Origin: Acidobacteria bacterium UBA823
Lineage (GTDB): Bacteria; Acidobacteriota; Vicinamibacteria; Vicinamibacterales; UBA823
Assembly (NCBI GenBank): GCA_002296225.1
Contig: DBHR01000080.1
Coordinates: 13,362 to 77,361, forward strand
DNA: 64,000 nucleotides
Reading direction: 5' to 3'
Positions 40,862 through 51,242 of this stretch are shown piece by piece. The notes below the pieces were generated by a model. It saw only the letters and a program-made list of their open reading frames with translations, made no database searches and was not told the origin of the DNA. The position numbers and the translations under genes were made by a program. How positions within the stretch are numbered: position 1 is the stretch's first letter; every line of letters starts with the position of its first letter.

Positions 40862-41034
40862 CGTGGGTTCGACTTGGCAGAGTTGGCAGTGAATGTCATG
40901 AGGTGTGGTTGACCTGCGGACGATTCGAGATTACAGATATGATGGCATTGCTCTTCACAAAAGCCCCGCCATTACCGCGAACTATTCCACCGCGCGCCGG
41001 CGATAGGCCTCGCCGGGCCGCGTGCAATTGACGC

Positions 41035-41769
41035 TCACAGCGCCAGAATCGTTCCAACGCCCGCGCCAATGAGCAGAACTTGTCTAACGGCGCCGCTCCC
41101 GATTACCTCACCTTTATGGAGGTGCGGAATCAGATCGGCCATCGCGACGTAGAGAAAGCTGCCGGCGGCGACCGCCAGGAGATAGGGCAGCGTATTCGGC
41201 AGGGTTTCGGCTGCAGCGTACACGATGATTGCGCCTCCGACCGCGCTTGATGCCGAGAGCGCATTGAGTAAGAGCGCTCGCCGACGCGAGAAGCCGGCAT
41301 TCAGCAGGACTGCGAAATCACCAACCTCTTGCGGAATCTGATGCGCGGCAACGGCCAGCGCGGTGCTAATGCCGAGTGGGATCGAAATGAGTACCGACGC
41401 GGCGATGACCGCGCCGTCGGCGAGATTGTGCAGGGCACCGCCGATAAGAATGAGGGTAGCGCTCGCGTCGTGGACGTCGCAATCTTCGGTATGGCAGTGG
41501 CGCCACAGCACGAGTTTCTCGACTACGAAGAGCATGAGAATGCCGGCGAGTAGCGCACCGAGAACCGATGCAGGAGCGAGCTGATCGAGCGCTTCAGGAA
41601 CGAGGGCCAGCAAGGCCACGCCGAGAAGCGTTCCAACCGCATAGCTCAGTAGCCAGGGAACTATCCGGTTGCGAAATTCGGAAGAGAGCGGCAGCAGCAG
41701 CGAGGCGACGAGCAGGCCGCCTAGGGTTCCGACTAGGCTGAGCGCGGTCGCTGTTACAAGTAATCGCAC
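41035..41769 (-). CDS. ZIP-family divalent metal transporter (ZupT-like)
   Basis: 8 predicted TM helices. HNLADG and HQIPQEVGDFAVLL motifs. Confidence 0.8.
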   Translation of the reverse strand: MRLLVTATALSLVGTLGGLLVASLLLPLSSEFRNRIVPWLLSYAVGTLLGVALLALVPEALDQLAPASVLGALLAGILMLFVVEKLVLWRHCHTEDCDVHDASATLILIGGALHNLADGAVIAASVLISIPLGISTALAVAAHQIPQEVGDFAVLLNAGFSRRRALLLNALSASSAVGGAIIVYAAAETLPNTLPYLLAVAAGSFLYVAMADLIPHLHKGEVIGSGAVRQVLLIGAGVGTILAL

Positions 41770-41916
41770 GCTTGGGATGATAGACCAACGGCCGGGGAAG
41801 AGTCGAAGCGTGTCAGGCGCTTGTTTACCTCAGGCGTAATCGCAGATGGACTAATTTTTCTCTTGGCACCCGGTAGTGCAGCCGTTTTGGCGCTCGGTCG
41901 AGGTCAGCGCCGAGGA

Positions 41917-42477
41917 CTAGAGGACCGGCTTAATGCCTTCGGTGAAGGCCAAGCCATTCCGCTTAGCGAGGCATCGGACGGCCTTGAAGCCCTCGGCGTC
42001 GAGTGCGCGTTCAGCGCCACCAGAGGTCGTGTAGGTCGGGTCGAGTTTTGGTCCGCCCAGTAATGCGCCCAGGCCACCCCGAGGCACCCGCTCAATGACT
42101 ACGCACCGCCCGCCTCGGCGGAGGACCTTCAGGGTTTGCTGCAGGCATGCACATCGGCGCTCTGGGGCGAGGCCACCGATGAGATCCCAGAGCACTACAA
42201 CGTCGTACGAAGTGTCGTCGTCGGGGAGTGCGCCATATTGTGCATGGACGACTGTTACTAGGACTCCTTCTTTAGCCGCGATTTTTCTCCCACGCTCACA
42301 CCCCGCCAGGTCGTCATCGATCGCACAAGCCTGACCCGTGAGCCCGACCTTGGCCGCGATGGCAGCAAACATCTTGCCGTCACCACACCGCAACTGCAGG
42401 AAGCGATTACCCATCTTCACACCGGCCATCGATACTTCGAGCGCGTGCGGACCCAACCCTGCGCGAAATAACTGCAT
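41917..42477 (-). CDS. Small class I SAM-dependent methyltransferase-like protein
   Basis: Motif I-like FLQLRCGDGKM, YDVVVLWDL and VLRRGGRCVVIE. The start may be an internal Met. Confidence 0.55.
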   Translation of the reverse strand: MQLFRAGLGPHALEVSMAGVKMGNRFLQLRCGDGKMFAAIAAKVGLTGQACAIDDDLAGCERGRKIAAKEGVLVTVVHAQYGALPDDDTSYDVVVLWDLIGGLAPERRCACLQQTLKVLRRGGRCVVIERVPRGGLGALLGGPKLDPTYTTSGGAERALDAEGFKAVRCLAKRNGLAFTEGIKPVL

Positions 42478-42506
42478 TGATTCACGCCATGATATAGTTT
42501 TGCGCC

Positions 42507-43820
42507 GTGAACGATGTGTCGAAAATCACACCTGCACAAGGCAAGTTGGGAATACTACTGGTCGGCCTCGGCGCCGTCAGTACGACTTTCATTGCCGGCG
42601 TCCACGCCGTCCGTAGAGGGCTTGCTGCGCCCATCGGTTCTTTGACGCAGATGGGGACGGTTCGGCTTGGCAAGCGGACCGACGACCGCTCTCCGCTCAT
42701 CAAGGATTTCGTGCCACTCGCCTCGCTCGACGACCTCGTGTTCGGAGCTTGGGACATCTTCGAAGACGACTGCTATGAGGCGGCGCGTACGGCTGGTGTG
42801 ATCGGAGCAGACATGTTGGGTCAGCTAAAGGATGAGCTCTCGGCGATTAAGCCGTGGCCTGCTGTCTTCGACCGCCGCTACGTCAAACGGCTTGACGGCC
42901 CAAATCTCAAAGAAGGTCCGACCAAGCGCCACCTAGCCGAACAAGTGCGCGCCGACATTCAGCAGTTCAAGCAAGCTAACAGCGTCGACCGACTCGTTAT
43001 GGTCTGGTGCGGGAGCACCGAGGTCTTTATGACCGCAGGCGACGCTCACGCGTCGCTCGCGGCGTTTGAACGCGCACTCGACGAGAATGACCCATCCGTG
43101 CCCTCCAGTATGGTTTACGCCTATGCAGCGTTGAAGGAAGGCATACCGTTCGCGAACGCTGCGCCAAACCTGACCGTCGACACGTCAGCAATGCTCGAGT
43201 TAGCTGCGGAGACCGGGTCGCCGCTTGCCGGCAAGGATTTGAAGACCGGCCAGACGCTCATCAAGACGATCGTGGCACCCGGGCTGAAGGCCAGGTTGCT
43301 CGGTGTGTCGGGTTGGTATTCAACAAATATTCTTGGAAACCGGGACGGCGAGGTGCTAGACGATCCCGAATCGTTCAAGACGAAGGAAGAGAGCAAGAAG
43401 TCGGTACTCGACTACATTTTTCAGCCCAAGTTGTACCCGTCGCTCTACGACGACCTGTGTCACGTCGTGCGCATCAACTACTACCCACCGCGTGGTGACA
43501 ACAAGGAAGGTTGGGACAACGTCGATCTGTTTGGTTGGCTTGGCTATCCAATGCAGCTCAAGATTAATTTCCTTTGCCGGGATAGTGTGTTGGCGGCGCC
43601 GATCGTTCTCGATGTCGCGTTATTTTTGGATCTCGCGCAACGCGCTGGGATGAGCGGCACTCAGGAGTGGCTGTCGTTCTACTTTAAAAGCCCGATGCAC
43701 GCCCCCGAGGTCTATCCAGAACACGACCTATTCATACAGCTAATGAAACTGAAGAACACCCTGCGGTATCTTCGGGGTGAGGAACTGATCACGCACCTCG
43801 GCCTCGAATACTACGATTGA
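42507..43820 (+). CDS. ino1: myo-Inositol-1-phosphate synthase
   Basis: LLVGLGAVSTTFIAG, WCGSTE, SGWYSTNILGNRDG and LGYPMQLKINFLCRDS are characteristic of bacterial/archaeal MIPS. Confidence 0.9.
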   Translation: MNDVSKITPAQGKLGILLVGLGAVSTTFIAGVHAVRRGLAAPIGSLTQMGTVRLGKRTDDRSPLIKDFVPLASLDDLVFGAWDIFEDDCYEAARTAGVIGADMLGQLKDELSAIKPWPAVFDRRYVKRLDGPNLKEGPTKRHLAEQVRADIQQFKQANSVDRLVMVWCGSTEVFMTAGDAHASLAAFERALDENDPSVPSSMVYAYAALKEGIPFANAAPNLTVDTSAMLELAAETGSPLAGKDLKTGQTLIKTIVAPGLKARLLGVSGWYSTNILGNRDGEVLDDPESFKTKEESKKSVLDYIFQPKLYPSLYDDLCHVVRINYYPPRGDNKEGWDNVDLFGWLGYPMQLKINFLCRDSVLAAPIVLDVALFLDLAQRAGMSGTQEWLSFYFKSPMHAPEVYPEHDLFIQLMKLKNTLRYLRGEELITHLGLEYYD

Positions 43821-43947
43821 GCGCGGTCGCGCCACCGATGTCCAAGCCTCTGCTGCCGTTAGCCTGGGCGTTGACGTCTCGGTTTACCACTAGATGAGTC
43901 GGCCCTAATCTCCGGTGCCCCCGGAGGAAGCGGCCGGAGAAGATTCA

Positions 43948-45921
43948 ATGGCCAAGACCCCACACCCCAAGCCACAGGAAATCGAGGCGCTCCTTGACGA
44001 GCGACGTACATTCGCGCCGCCCGAGGCGTTCCGTGATTCTGCGAACGTGTCCGATTCCGGAATCTACGATCGTGCGGCGGCGGATCCCGAGGCATTCTGG
44101 GAGAGTTTCGCCCATGAACTTGAGTGGATCGAGCCGTGGAGGAAGGTGCTCGAGTGGGAGCCGCCAAGCGCCAAGTGGTTCGTCGGCGGCAAGATCAATG
44201 CTAGCGTCAACTGCATCGATCGCCACGTTCGCACCGCCCGGCGCAACAAGGCAGCGCTCATTTGGGAAGGCGAGCCTGGCGACCGCCGGACTCTGACTTA
44301 CTTCGACTTGTACCGCGAGGTTAATGCCTTTGCCGGCGGGCTGAAGTCGCTCGGCGTGCGGCGCGGCGACCGAGTGGCGCTCTACATGCCTCTCGTGCCG
44401 GAATTGGCGATCGCCATGCTGGCTTGCGCGCGGATCGGCGCCGTGCACAGCGTCGTATTCGGTGGCTTCAGTGCCGAGTCGCTGCGCGACCGGATCAATG
44501 ATGCGGAAGCCGTCGTACTCGTGACGGCCGACGGCGGCTATCGCCGTGGGCAGGTCGTGCCTCTGAAACAGATGGCTGATGATGCCCTGCGTGAAACACC
44601 ATCCATCAGGCACGTTGTGGTCGTGCGGCGCCAGGCACACGACCCGCTTCCAGTGACGATGCAGCGGGACCGTGACCATTGGTATCACGAACTGCTAGCG
44701 AAGGCACCGCTGACCTGCGAGCCAGAAGCGATGGACTCCGAGGACCTGCTTTACATCCTCTATACGTCTGGCACCACCGGAAAGCCGAAGGGAATCGTTC
44801 ACACCACTGGCGGCTATCTTGTCGGGACCTATGCCACGACGAAATGGGTCTTCGATCTGAAAGAGGACGATGTTTACTGGTGCACCGCCGATATCGGCTG
44901 GGTGACCGGTCATAGCTATCTGGTCTACGGCCCGCTCGCCAACGGCGCGACCGCCGTTATGTACGAAGGTGCGCCAGACTGGCCCGCGCCGGACCGGCTC
45001 TGGGAGGTCGTCGAGCGCTACGGTGTTTCTATCTTCTACACGGCACCGACAGCAGTCCGGGCGTTCATGCGGTGGGGAACAGAATGGCCGGCGAAGCGGG
45101 ACCTATCAAGCTTGCGTTTGTTGGGGTCGGTGGGAGAGCCGATCAATCCGGAAGCTTGGATTTGGTACCACGAGCATATCGGTCGGAAGGGTTGCCCGAT
45201 CGTGGATACGTGGTGGCAGACCGAGACCGGTGCCATTCTAATCACTCCGCTCCCTGGACTGACGACACTCAAACCCGGGTCGGCCACGCGTCCGTTCCCA
45301 GGCGTTATCGCAGAGATTCGGACCGCTGACGGTCAGAGGGTGGATGAAGGTGGCGGATTACTCGCCATTACCAAGCCATGGCCGTCGATGCTACGCGGGG
45401 TCTACGGCGACCCGGATCGGTTCGTTAAGCAATACTGGAGCCAGTGGACTGACGGTGCGTACTTCACAGGTGACGGTGCCAAGTTGGATGCTGATGGCTA
45501 CTTTTGGCTGCTCGGCCGGGTGGACGACGTACTTAACGTCGCTGGTCATCGGATCGGCACGATGGAAGTCGAGAGCGCGCTGGTCGATCACCCGGATGTG
45601 ACTGAAGCGGCCGTCGTTGGACGGACCCACGAGATCAAAGGGCAGGCGGTTGCTGCTTTTGTCACAGTCCACGAGGGTGTGTCTACCTCTGACGGTCTAG
45701 TTGAACAGCTCAAGGCGCACGTGGTGAAGAAAATCGGTGCGATCGCCAGGCCCGATCTAATCCTGTTTGCTTCCGACCTACCGAAGACCCGCTCGGGCAA
45801 GATCATGCGGCGACTCCTGCGCGACATCGCGGACGGCAAGACGCCTGGCGACACGACGACGCTCGCCGACCCAGCAATCGTGGCCAAGCTCAAGGACGAG
45901 TACGCGGACGAGGAAGACTAG
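43948..45921 (+). CDS. acs: Acetyl-CoA synthetase
   Basis: [18 protein letters not shown], the C-terminal SGKIMRR lysine motif, and the N-terminal FWE...L.W region. I prefer the ATG at 43948 to the GTG at 43915. Confidence 0.9.
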   Translation: MAKTPHPKPQEIEALLDERRTFAPPEAFRDSANVSDSGIYDRAAADPEAFWESFAHELEWIEPWRKVLEWEPPSAKWFVGGKINASVNCIDRHVRTARRNKAALIWEGEPGDRRTLTYFDLYREVNAFAGGLKSLGVRRGDRVALYMPLVPELAIAMLACARIGAVHSVVFGGFSAESLRDRINDAEAVVLVTADGGYRRGQVVPLKQMADDALRETPSIRHVVVVRRQAHDPLPVTMQRDRDHWYHELLAKAPLTCEPEAMDSEDLLYILYTSGTTGKPKGIVHTTGGYLVGTYATTKWVFDLKEDDVYWCTADIGWVTGHSYLVYGPLANGATAVMYEGAPDWPAPDRLWEVVERYGVSIFYTAPTAVRAFMRWGTEWPAKRDLSSLRLLGSVGEPINPEAWIWYHEHIGRKGCPIVDTWWQTETGAILITPLPGLTTLKPGSATRPFPGVIAEIRTADGQRVDEGGGLLAITKPWPSMLRGVYGDPDRFVKQYWSQWTDGAYFTGDGAKLDADGYFWLLGRVDDVLNVAGHRIGTMEVESALVDHPDVTEAAVVGRTHEIKGQAVAAFVTVHEGVSTSDGLVEQLKAHVVKKIGAIARPDLILFASDLPKTRSGKIMRRLLRDIADGKTPGDTTTLADPAIVAKLKDEYADEED

Positions 45922-46148
45922 GTGGCCTGGTCAGGCGTCTTTTAGTCTTTGGCTTGAGAGACTGTCAGCGATTCTAGGGTCGGTCCAGTATCAGAGCTGA
46001 GAGCCCGTCGACTAGGCTTCGGTTGCACTGTTGTCCAATAGTCAGAGGCAGTCGTGGTCGCCAGCGCCGACCATGGTCGGGAGCCAACCGAACTCCAGGA
46101 GTTGCCTAGTCTTACTTGCCGGGGTACGTGACGGCGGCGCTGTCGACA

Positions 46149-47714
46149 TTACTCGAAGCCGACTTCGCGGTGTTCCCCGAAGACTGCACGGAGAGAGTCG
46201 GTGATCTCGCCGACCGTCGATCCCGCCTCGACCGCATCGATGATCGGCGGAAGAAGGTTTGCTTTGCCCCGAGCCGTGGCACCGACGGTGTTGAGGGCGG
46301 CTCGGGATCGGGCCTCATCCCGGTGCGCACGGTGACGACGTACACGTTCGATTTGCGCTCCCTCGATGGCGGGATCAACCCGCAGGCCGGTGATGGCAGT
46401 TGCGCTGTCGTCAATGAAGTGATTGACGCCCACGACCACCTGCTCGCCGCGGTCAATTGCCAGTTGCTCCCGGTACGCGGCCTCGTGAATCTCGCGTTGC
46501 ACGAAGCCTGCTTCGATCGCGGCCAGGGTGCCGCCCTGTTCGTCGATCGTTGCCAACATCGCGCGAGCTTCAGCCTCGATTGCCGATGTCCGTTGTTCGA
46601 TGGCGTATGACCCGGCGACCGGGTCCACTGTGTTCGCGATGCCAGTTTCCGAGGCGAGAATCTGCTGAGTACGAAGCGCCAAACGCGCGGAGTCCTCAGT
46701 GGGGAGACCCAGCGCCTCGTCCCGGCCATTGCAGTGGAGCGATTGGGTGCCCCCGAGTACTGCCGCGATCGCTTGCAGGGCGACGCGCACGGCATTATTG
46801 TCTGGCTGTTGGGCGGTCAATGTGCTGCCCGCTGTCTGCGTGTGGAACCGCAGGTGCTGAGCGGCTGGATTTGTTACGCTGAACCGGTCGCGCATGAGGC
46901 GCGCCCAGAGACGACGGGCCGCGCGAAACTTTGCCACCTCTTCCAGAACGTTGTTATGTGCGGCGAAAAAGAACGAGAGCCGTTGTCCGAACTGGTTCAC
47001 GTCCAATCCTTCCGCCATGGCAGCCTCCACGTACGAGATCGCATTGGCGAAGGTGAACGCCACTTCTTGGGCTGCCGTCGAACCGGCTTCACGGATGTGA
47101 TAACCGCTTACTGAGATCGCGTGCCAACGAGGCAGTTCTTTCGTGCAGTAGGCGAAAATGTCAGTAACGATTCGCAGCGCGGCCCGTGGCGGAAAGATGT
47201 AAGTGCCGCGGGCGACGTACTCCTTGAGGATATCGTTTTGCACTGTGCCGCCAAGCGCGCTGGCAGGCACGCCCCGCCGGCGAGCCAGCGCCACGTACAA
47301 CGCGAGCAAGATGCACGCCGTTGCATTAATCGTCATTGACGAAGTCACTTGGTTAAGCGGGATGCCGTCGAAGAGGTCGGCCATATCGTCGAGTGAATCG
47401 ATCGCCACGCCGACACGTCCTACTTCGCCGGCCGCGAGTGGATGATCAGAGTCGTAACCCATCTGCGTTGGCAAGTCGAATGCCACGCTGAGGCCCGTAA
47501 CGCCCTGTTCGAGGAGGTACCGGTAGCGTAGGTTGGATTCGACGGCGGTGCCGAATCCGGCGTACTGGCGCATGGTCCAGAGGCGTCGTCGATACATGTC
47601 GTCATGGATCCCTCGCGTAAACGGAAACTTACCGGGCGCGCCGAGATCGCGGTCGGGATCCCAATCCGCTAGATCGTCGTATCGAACCGCCGACGTGGCC
47701 ATGATGCGTTGCAT
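46149..47714 (-). CDS. Methylmalonyl-CoA mutase-family catalytic (large, B12-domain-less) subunit
   Basis: [25 protein letters not shown] and the TIM-barrel substrate-binding region. At 521 aa it ends before any B12-binding (DxHxxG) domain. Confidence 0.85.
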   Translation of the reverse strand: MQRIMATSAVRYDDLADWDPDRDLGAPGKFPFTRGIHDDMYRRRLWTMRQYAGFGTAVESNLRYRYLLEQGVTGLSVAFDLPTQMGYDSDHPLAAGEVGRVGVAIDSLDDMADLFDGIPLNQVTSSMTINATACILLALYVALARRRGVPASALGGTVQNDILKEYVARGTYIFPPRAALRIVTDIFAYCTKELPRWHAISVSGYHIREAGSTAAQEVAFTFANAISYVEAAMAEGLDVNQFGQRLSFFFAAHNNVLEEVAKFRAARRLWARLMRDRFSVTNPAAQHLRFHTQTAGSTLTAQQPDNNAVRVALQAIAAVLGGTQSLHCNGRDEALGLPTEDSARLALRTQQILASETGIANTVDPVAGSYAIEQRTSAIEAEARAMLATIDEQGGTLAAIEAGFVQREIHEAAYREQLAIDRGEQVVVGVNHFIDDSATAITGLRVDPAIEGAQIERVRRHRAHRDEARSRAALNTVGATARGKANLLPPIIDAVEAGSTVGEITDSLRAVFGEHREVGFE

Positions 47715-47772
47715 TGTAATGTAGGTAACACGGTAGCTATACGATCATGTCAGCGCCCGTATGCGCCTCGTC

Positions 47773-47801
47773 TTGACACTCCCGGATCGCGCATTTAGAA
47801 T
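47773..47801 (+). promoter_or_regulatory. Near-consensus sigma70-type promoter TTGACA-N17-TAGAAT
   Basis: TTGACA at 47773..47778, a 17-nt spacer, and TAGAAT at 47796..47801. It lies 42 nt upstream of the ATG at 47844, which has an AAGGAGG SD at 47828..47834. Confidence 0.5.
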
Positions 47802-47843
47802 GCGCTCGGTTCGTTGAGACCTCACCCAAGGAGGGTTTTCAGT

Positions 47844-48161
47844 ATGGACGAAGTCGTCAATCGACTCGCACGGGAGTTGGCCGAAGCCATTGCCGTAGCC
47901 GCAGCCACCGATCCTAAGGTGGAAGCTTGCCGTGAGAAGTCCCGTGCGGCAGGTTACGAGATGCGGGTATCCCTCGAAGCGACGATCGGTTTCGCGACCC
48001 GGCCCAATGTTACCGCGGTTGCCAAGGTCAGCACGGCTCGCGACGCGGCGCCCCGCCAGGGAACGGAGATCAGCGCCACCGACCGTCGGTTCCTTCGCTC
48101 GTTGCGGATTGCGGTTGACGAAGCCCCAGAGAACAACGGGGAGGACGGGGTCATCCACTGA
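47844..48161 (+). CDS. Small (105 aa) soluble hypothetical protein
   Basis: ATG with a strong SD and a consensus promoter upstream. Sequence MDEVVNRLARELAEAIAVAAATDPKVEACREKSRAAGYEMRVSLEATIGF...TDRRFLRSLRIAVDE. No family recognised. Confidence 0.55.
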   Translation: MDEVVNRLARELAEAIAVAAATDPKVEACREKSRAAGYEMRVSLEATIGFATRPNVTAVAKVSTARDAAPRQGTEISATDRRFLRSLRIAVDEAPENNGEDGVIH

Positions 48162-48174
48162 GTTGATTAGTACG

Positions 48175-49722
48175 TCAGCGCGGGACCCGCAGATCGTGTC
48201 CGGTCATCTCCGCCGTTGGCTTGATGCCCAACAGTGCGAGCAGCGTTGGCGCCACATCGCGTAACGATCCGTCACGTAGTTGCCACTCGCGTCCCTCCCC
48301 GCCGTCGATCAAAACAAGCGGTACGGTGTTCATGGTGTGCGCGGTGTGGGGGCACTGACGCTCGACATTCCACAGCAGCTCCGCGTTGCCGTGATCGGCG
48401 GTCAGGACGACCGTCCCGCCAGCGGCCTGGACAGCCGTGACGATCCGGCCGAGACAGCCGTCCAGCGTGCTGACCGCGCCAATCGTCGCGTCGAGTTTCC
48501 CGGTATGGCCGACCATGTCCGCGTTCGCGAAATTGCAGATGATGACTCGGTGCCGCCCCGCCTCGATATCCTGCACGAGCTGGTCGGTGATGCCGAGCGC
48601 GCTCATCTCGGGCTGCAAGTCGTAGGTTGGGACCCGAGGCGACGGTATCAGGATACGGTCCTCTCCGGCGTAGGGTCGCTCCTCCCCCGTGTTGAAGAAA
48701 TAGGTCACGTGCGCGTATTTCTCGGTTTCCGCCAGGCGGAGGTTGGTCACGCTGTGGCTTGCTAATACTTGGGCTAGATTGTTCGAAAATTCCTGCGGCG
48801 GAAATAACGCCGGCAGTCCAAATGTTGCGTCATACTCTGTCAACGTGGTGCAGTGGAGCCGTGGGTGTCGGCGTCTCACAAACCCGTCGAAATCCGAAAA
48901 GGCCAGCGCGCGTGTCAACTGACGGACGCGATCCGCTCTGAAGTTGAAGAGGATTACGGAATCCTCTTCTTCCATTCGGCCGATCTGGCGGTTGTCGGCG
49001 TCGACGAGAACCGCAGGTTCGATGAATTCATCGGTGACACCTTCAGCGTAAGACGACGCCAATAGATCGGTTGAGAAGCGAGCGCTTGGTGCTTTGCCAG
49101 AAACGATGGCTTCGTAAGCACGCTTCGTTCGCGGCCAGCGCCGGTCGCGGTCCATTGCAAAGTACCGACCGCAGACGCTAGCGATTCGTCCGACGCCCAT
49201 GCGGTCCATCGTCCGTTCCAGTACTGCCAAGTATTCCACGCCCGCGTTGGGTGGCGTGTCCCTCCCGTCGGTAATGGCGTGCACGAACACGCGCTTTACA
49301 TCTAGGCTGGAGGCTCGCTTGAGTAGGGCATCCAGATGGCGCTGATGGCTGTGGACTCCGCCGTCGGATACGAGTCCGATCAGGTGAAGCGCATGATGAT
49401 CCGCGCACCGGCCGATCGCCGCGTTTAAGGTCGCGTTCGTAGCGAATGCCCCGTCTCGGATCGCGGAGTCGATACGGCTAATATCCTGGTAGACGACGCG
49501 CCCGGCCCCAAGATTCATATGGCCCACTTCGGAATTGCCCATCTGATTGGCAGGAAGTCCAACGGCTTCACCGCTCGCAACCAGTGAGGCATGTGGAAAC
49601 CGGTCGCGCAGTTCGTCGTAGATTGGCGTGTTGGCCAGCGCTACGGCATTGTGCTCGCGCGCTGTCCTGAGGCCCCAGCCATCAAATATGACCAGGACGA
49701 GCGGCGATAGTTGAGTGGGCAT
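48175..49722 (-). CDS. gpmI: 2,3-bisphosphoglycerate-independent phosphoglycerate mutase
   Basis: PLVLVIFDGWG, GNSEVGHMNLGAGR, LVSDGGVHSH and ADHGNAE motifs. I prefer the ATG at 49722 to the GTG at 49749, which overlaps eno. Confidence 0.9.
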   Translation of the reverse strand: MPTQLSPLVLVIFDGWGLRTAREHNAVALANTPIYDELRDRFPHASLVASGEAVGLPANQMGNSEVGHMNLGAGRVVYQDISRIDSAIRDGAFATNATLNAAIGRCADHHALHLIGLVSDGGVHSHQRHLDALLKRASSLDVKRVFVHAITDGRDTPPNAGVEYLAVLERTMDRMGVGRIASVCGRYFAMDRDRRWPRTKRAYEAIVSGKAPSARFSTDLLASSYAEGVTDEFIEPAVLVDADNRQIGRMEEEDSVILFNFRADRVRQLTRALAFSDFDGFVRRRHPRLHCTTLTEYDATFGLPALFPPQEFSNNLAQVLASHSVTNLRLAETEKYAHVTYFFNTGEERPYAGEDRILIPSPRVPTYDLQPEMSALGITDQLVQDIEAGRHRVIICNFANADMVGHTGKLDATIGAVSTLDGCLGRIVTAVQAAGGTVVLTADHGNAELLWNVERQCPHTAHTMNTVPLVLIDGGEGREWQLRDGSLRDVAPTLLALLGIKPTAEMTGHDLRVPR

Positions 49723-49741
49723 ATCGAGTGCGACGGCGCGG

Positions 49742-51049
49742 TTACGCACCTAGGTGTTTAAGCGCGGAGCGGCCAGCATATCGGCTCGAGCCGACGCTGG
49801 TTTCAATTCGTAACAGTTGGTTGTACTTAGCAACCCGATCTGTGCGACAAGCCGAACCGGTTTTGATTTGACCTGCAGCAGTCGCCACTACGAGGTCAGC
49901 GATCGTTGTGTCCTCAGTTTCCCCAGAGCGATGCGAGACGATCGATGCATAGCCCGCAGACTTTGCCATCGCCATCGCCTGGAACGTTTCGGTCAGCGTG
50001 CCGATCTGATTCAGCTTGACCAGAAGCGCGTTTCCGACGCCCTCCGCGATCCCGCGCTCGAGGATTGCCGGGTTCGTCACAAAGACGTCGTCACCGACCA
50101 ACTGGACTCGGTCTCCCAGCTCGCGTGTCAGAAGCTGCCAGCCTGCCCAATCTTGTTCTGAGAGGCCGTCTTCGATCGAGGCGATCGGATACTCGGTAAT
50201 CCAGTCGCGGTAAAGGGCCACGAGTTCTTCGGCTGACTTCGTGCCTCCACCCGACTTCTTTAGTGTGTAGCGGTCTGGCGAAGCCTCATCCCACAGTTCG
50301 CTCGCTGCTATGTCGAGTGCGAGGTAAATGTCTCGGCCCGCGGTGAATCCGGCTTCGGTGATTGCTTCGAGAACGAGATCGACCGCCTCCCGATTCGACT
50401 GCAGATTGGGTACGAAGCCGCCCTCGTCGCCGACGCCGGTGGCGAGGCCTCGCCGCTTGAGTCCGCCCCGAAGCGCTTGGAAGATCTCGCTACCGGCGCG
50501 GAGTGCATCCGCGAACGTCGAGACGCCGACCGGCATCACCATGAACTCTTGAAAATCGACGTTCGTGTCGGCGTGCGCACCTCCGTTGAGGATGTTCATC
50601 ATCGGTACGGGCAGAAGCGGCGAAGTGTCGGCCCCGTGGTGAAACAAGGATGCCAGATGGGCGTAGAGTGGCAGGCCGGCGTGCGTGGCGGACGCCTTCG
50701 CCGCTGCCAAGGAGACGCCAAGGATGGCGTTTGCCCCGAGGCGACTCTTATTGGGTGTGCCGTCCAATTCGATCAGGCGCCGATCGAGTGCAGCCTGGTC
50801 TAGTTCTGCGCCGGTGAAGGCCGTGGCGATTTCACCGTTGATGTGACCGACGGCTCGCAGCACGCCCTTGCCGCGGTATCGACTAGTGTCGTCGTCGCGT
50901 AACTCGACCGCTTCCCGGATTCCCGTGGAGGCACCCGAGGGCACCGCAGCCCTACCCATCGCACCATCTTTGAGCGTGACGTCAACTTCGACGGTGGGAT
51001 TTCCCCGCGAATCTAAGATCTCCCGGCCGATCACTTGTTTGATATGCAC
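49742..51049 (-). CDS. eno: Enolase
   Basis: [31 protein letters not shown] and [21 protein letters not shown]. Confidence 0.95.
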   Translation of the reverse strand: MHIKQVIGREILDSRGNPTVEVDVTLKDGAMGRAAVPSGASTGIREAVELRDDDTSRYRGKGVLRAVGHINGEIATAFTGAELDQAALDRRLIELDGTPNKSRLGANAILGVSLAAAKASATHAGLPLYAHLASLFHHGADTSPLLPVPMMNILNGGAHADTNVDFQEFMVMPVGVSTFADALRAGSEIFQALRGGLKRRGLATGVGDEGGFVPNLQSNREAVDLVLEAITEAGFTAGRDIYLALDIAASELWDEASPDRYTLKKSGGGTKSAEELVALYRDWITEYPIASIEDGLSEQDWAGWQLLTRELGDRVQLVGDDVFVTNPAILERGIAEGVGNALLVKLNQIGTLTETFQAMAMAKSAGYASIVSHRSGETEDTTIADLVVATAAGQIKTGSACRTDRVAKYNQLLRIETSVGSSRYAGRSALKHLGA

Positions 51050-51242
51050 GAGTTTGCTCGAAGAAGTGGTAGCGCCGAAAGCCTGGTTCAGCCGCGGCCG
51101 TGAACGTGGCGGGCGGAATCATATCACGCGAACTGGATGTCTTCAGTGGCTGCCAGATGGCAAAACACCAGCAGAATCATGGGTTTGGCTTGCCTCGCCA
51201 GGGTTGCCTATCTTGGCTGGCTCCCTGTACACTTCCAGAGGT

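Noticed and set aside
41864-41880. TGGCAC-CCGGTAG-TGCA, sigma54-promoter-like motif on the + strand
   Set aside because: The GG-to-GC spacing is one nucleotide too long for the strictly spaced -24/-12 element. It also points into the antisense of the methyltransferase gene, with no + strand gene to serve.
43945-44688. 247-aa minus-strand ORF
   Set aside because: Antisense to acs, whose frame has a clear AMP-binding signature. Shadow frame.
50868-51242. 5' extension of the 499-aa + ORF
   Set aside because: This part lies antisense to the enolase N-terminus or in the divergent intergenic region and has no protein-like features. The real gene most likely begins near the signal-like segment (~51204..51243).
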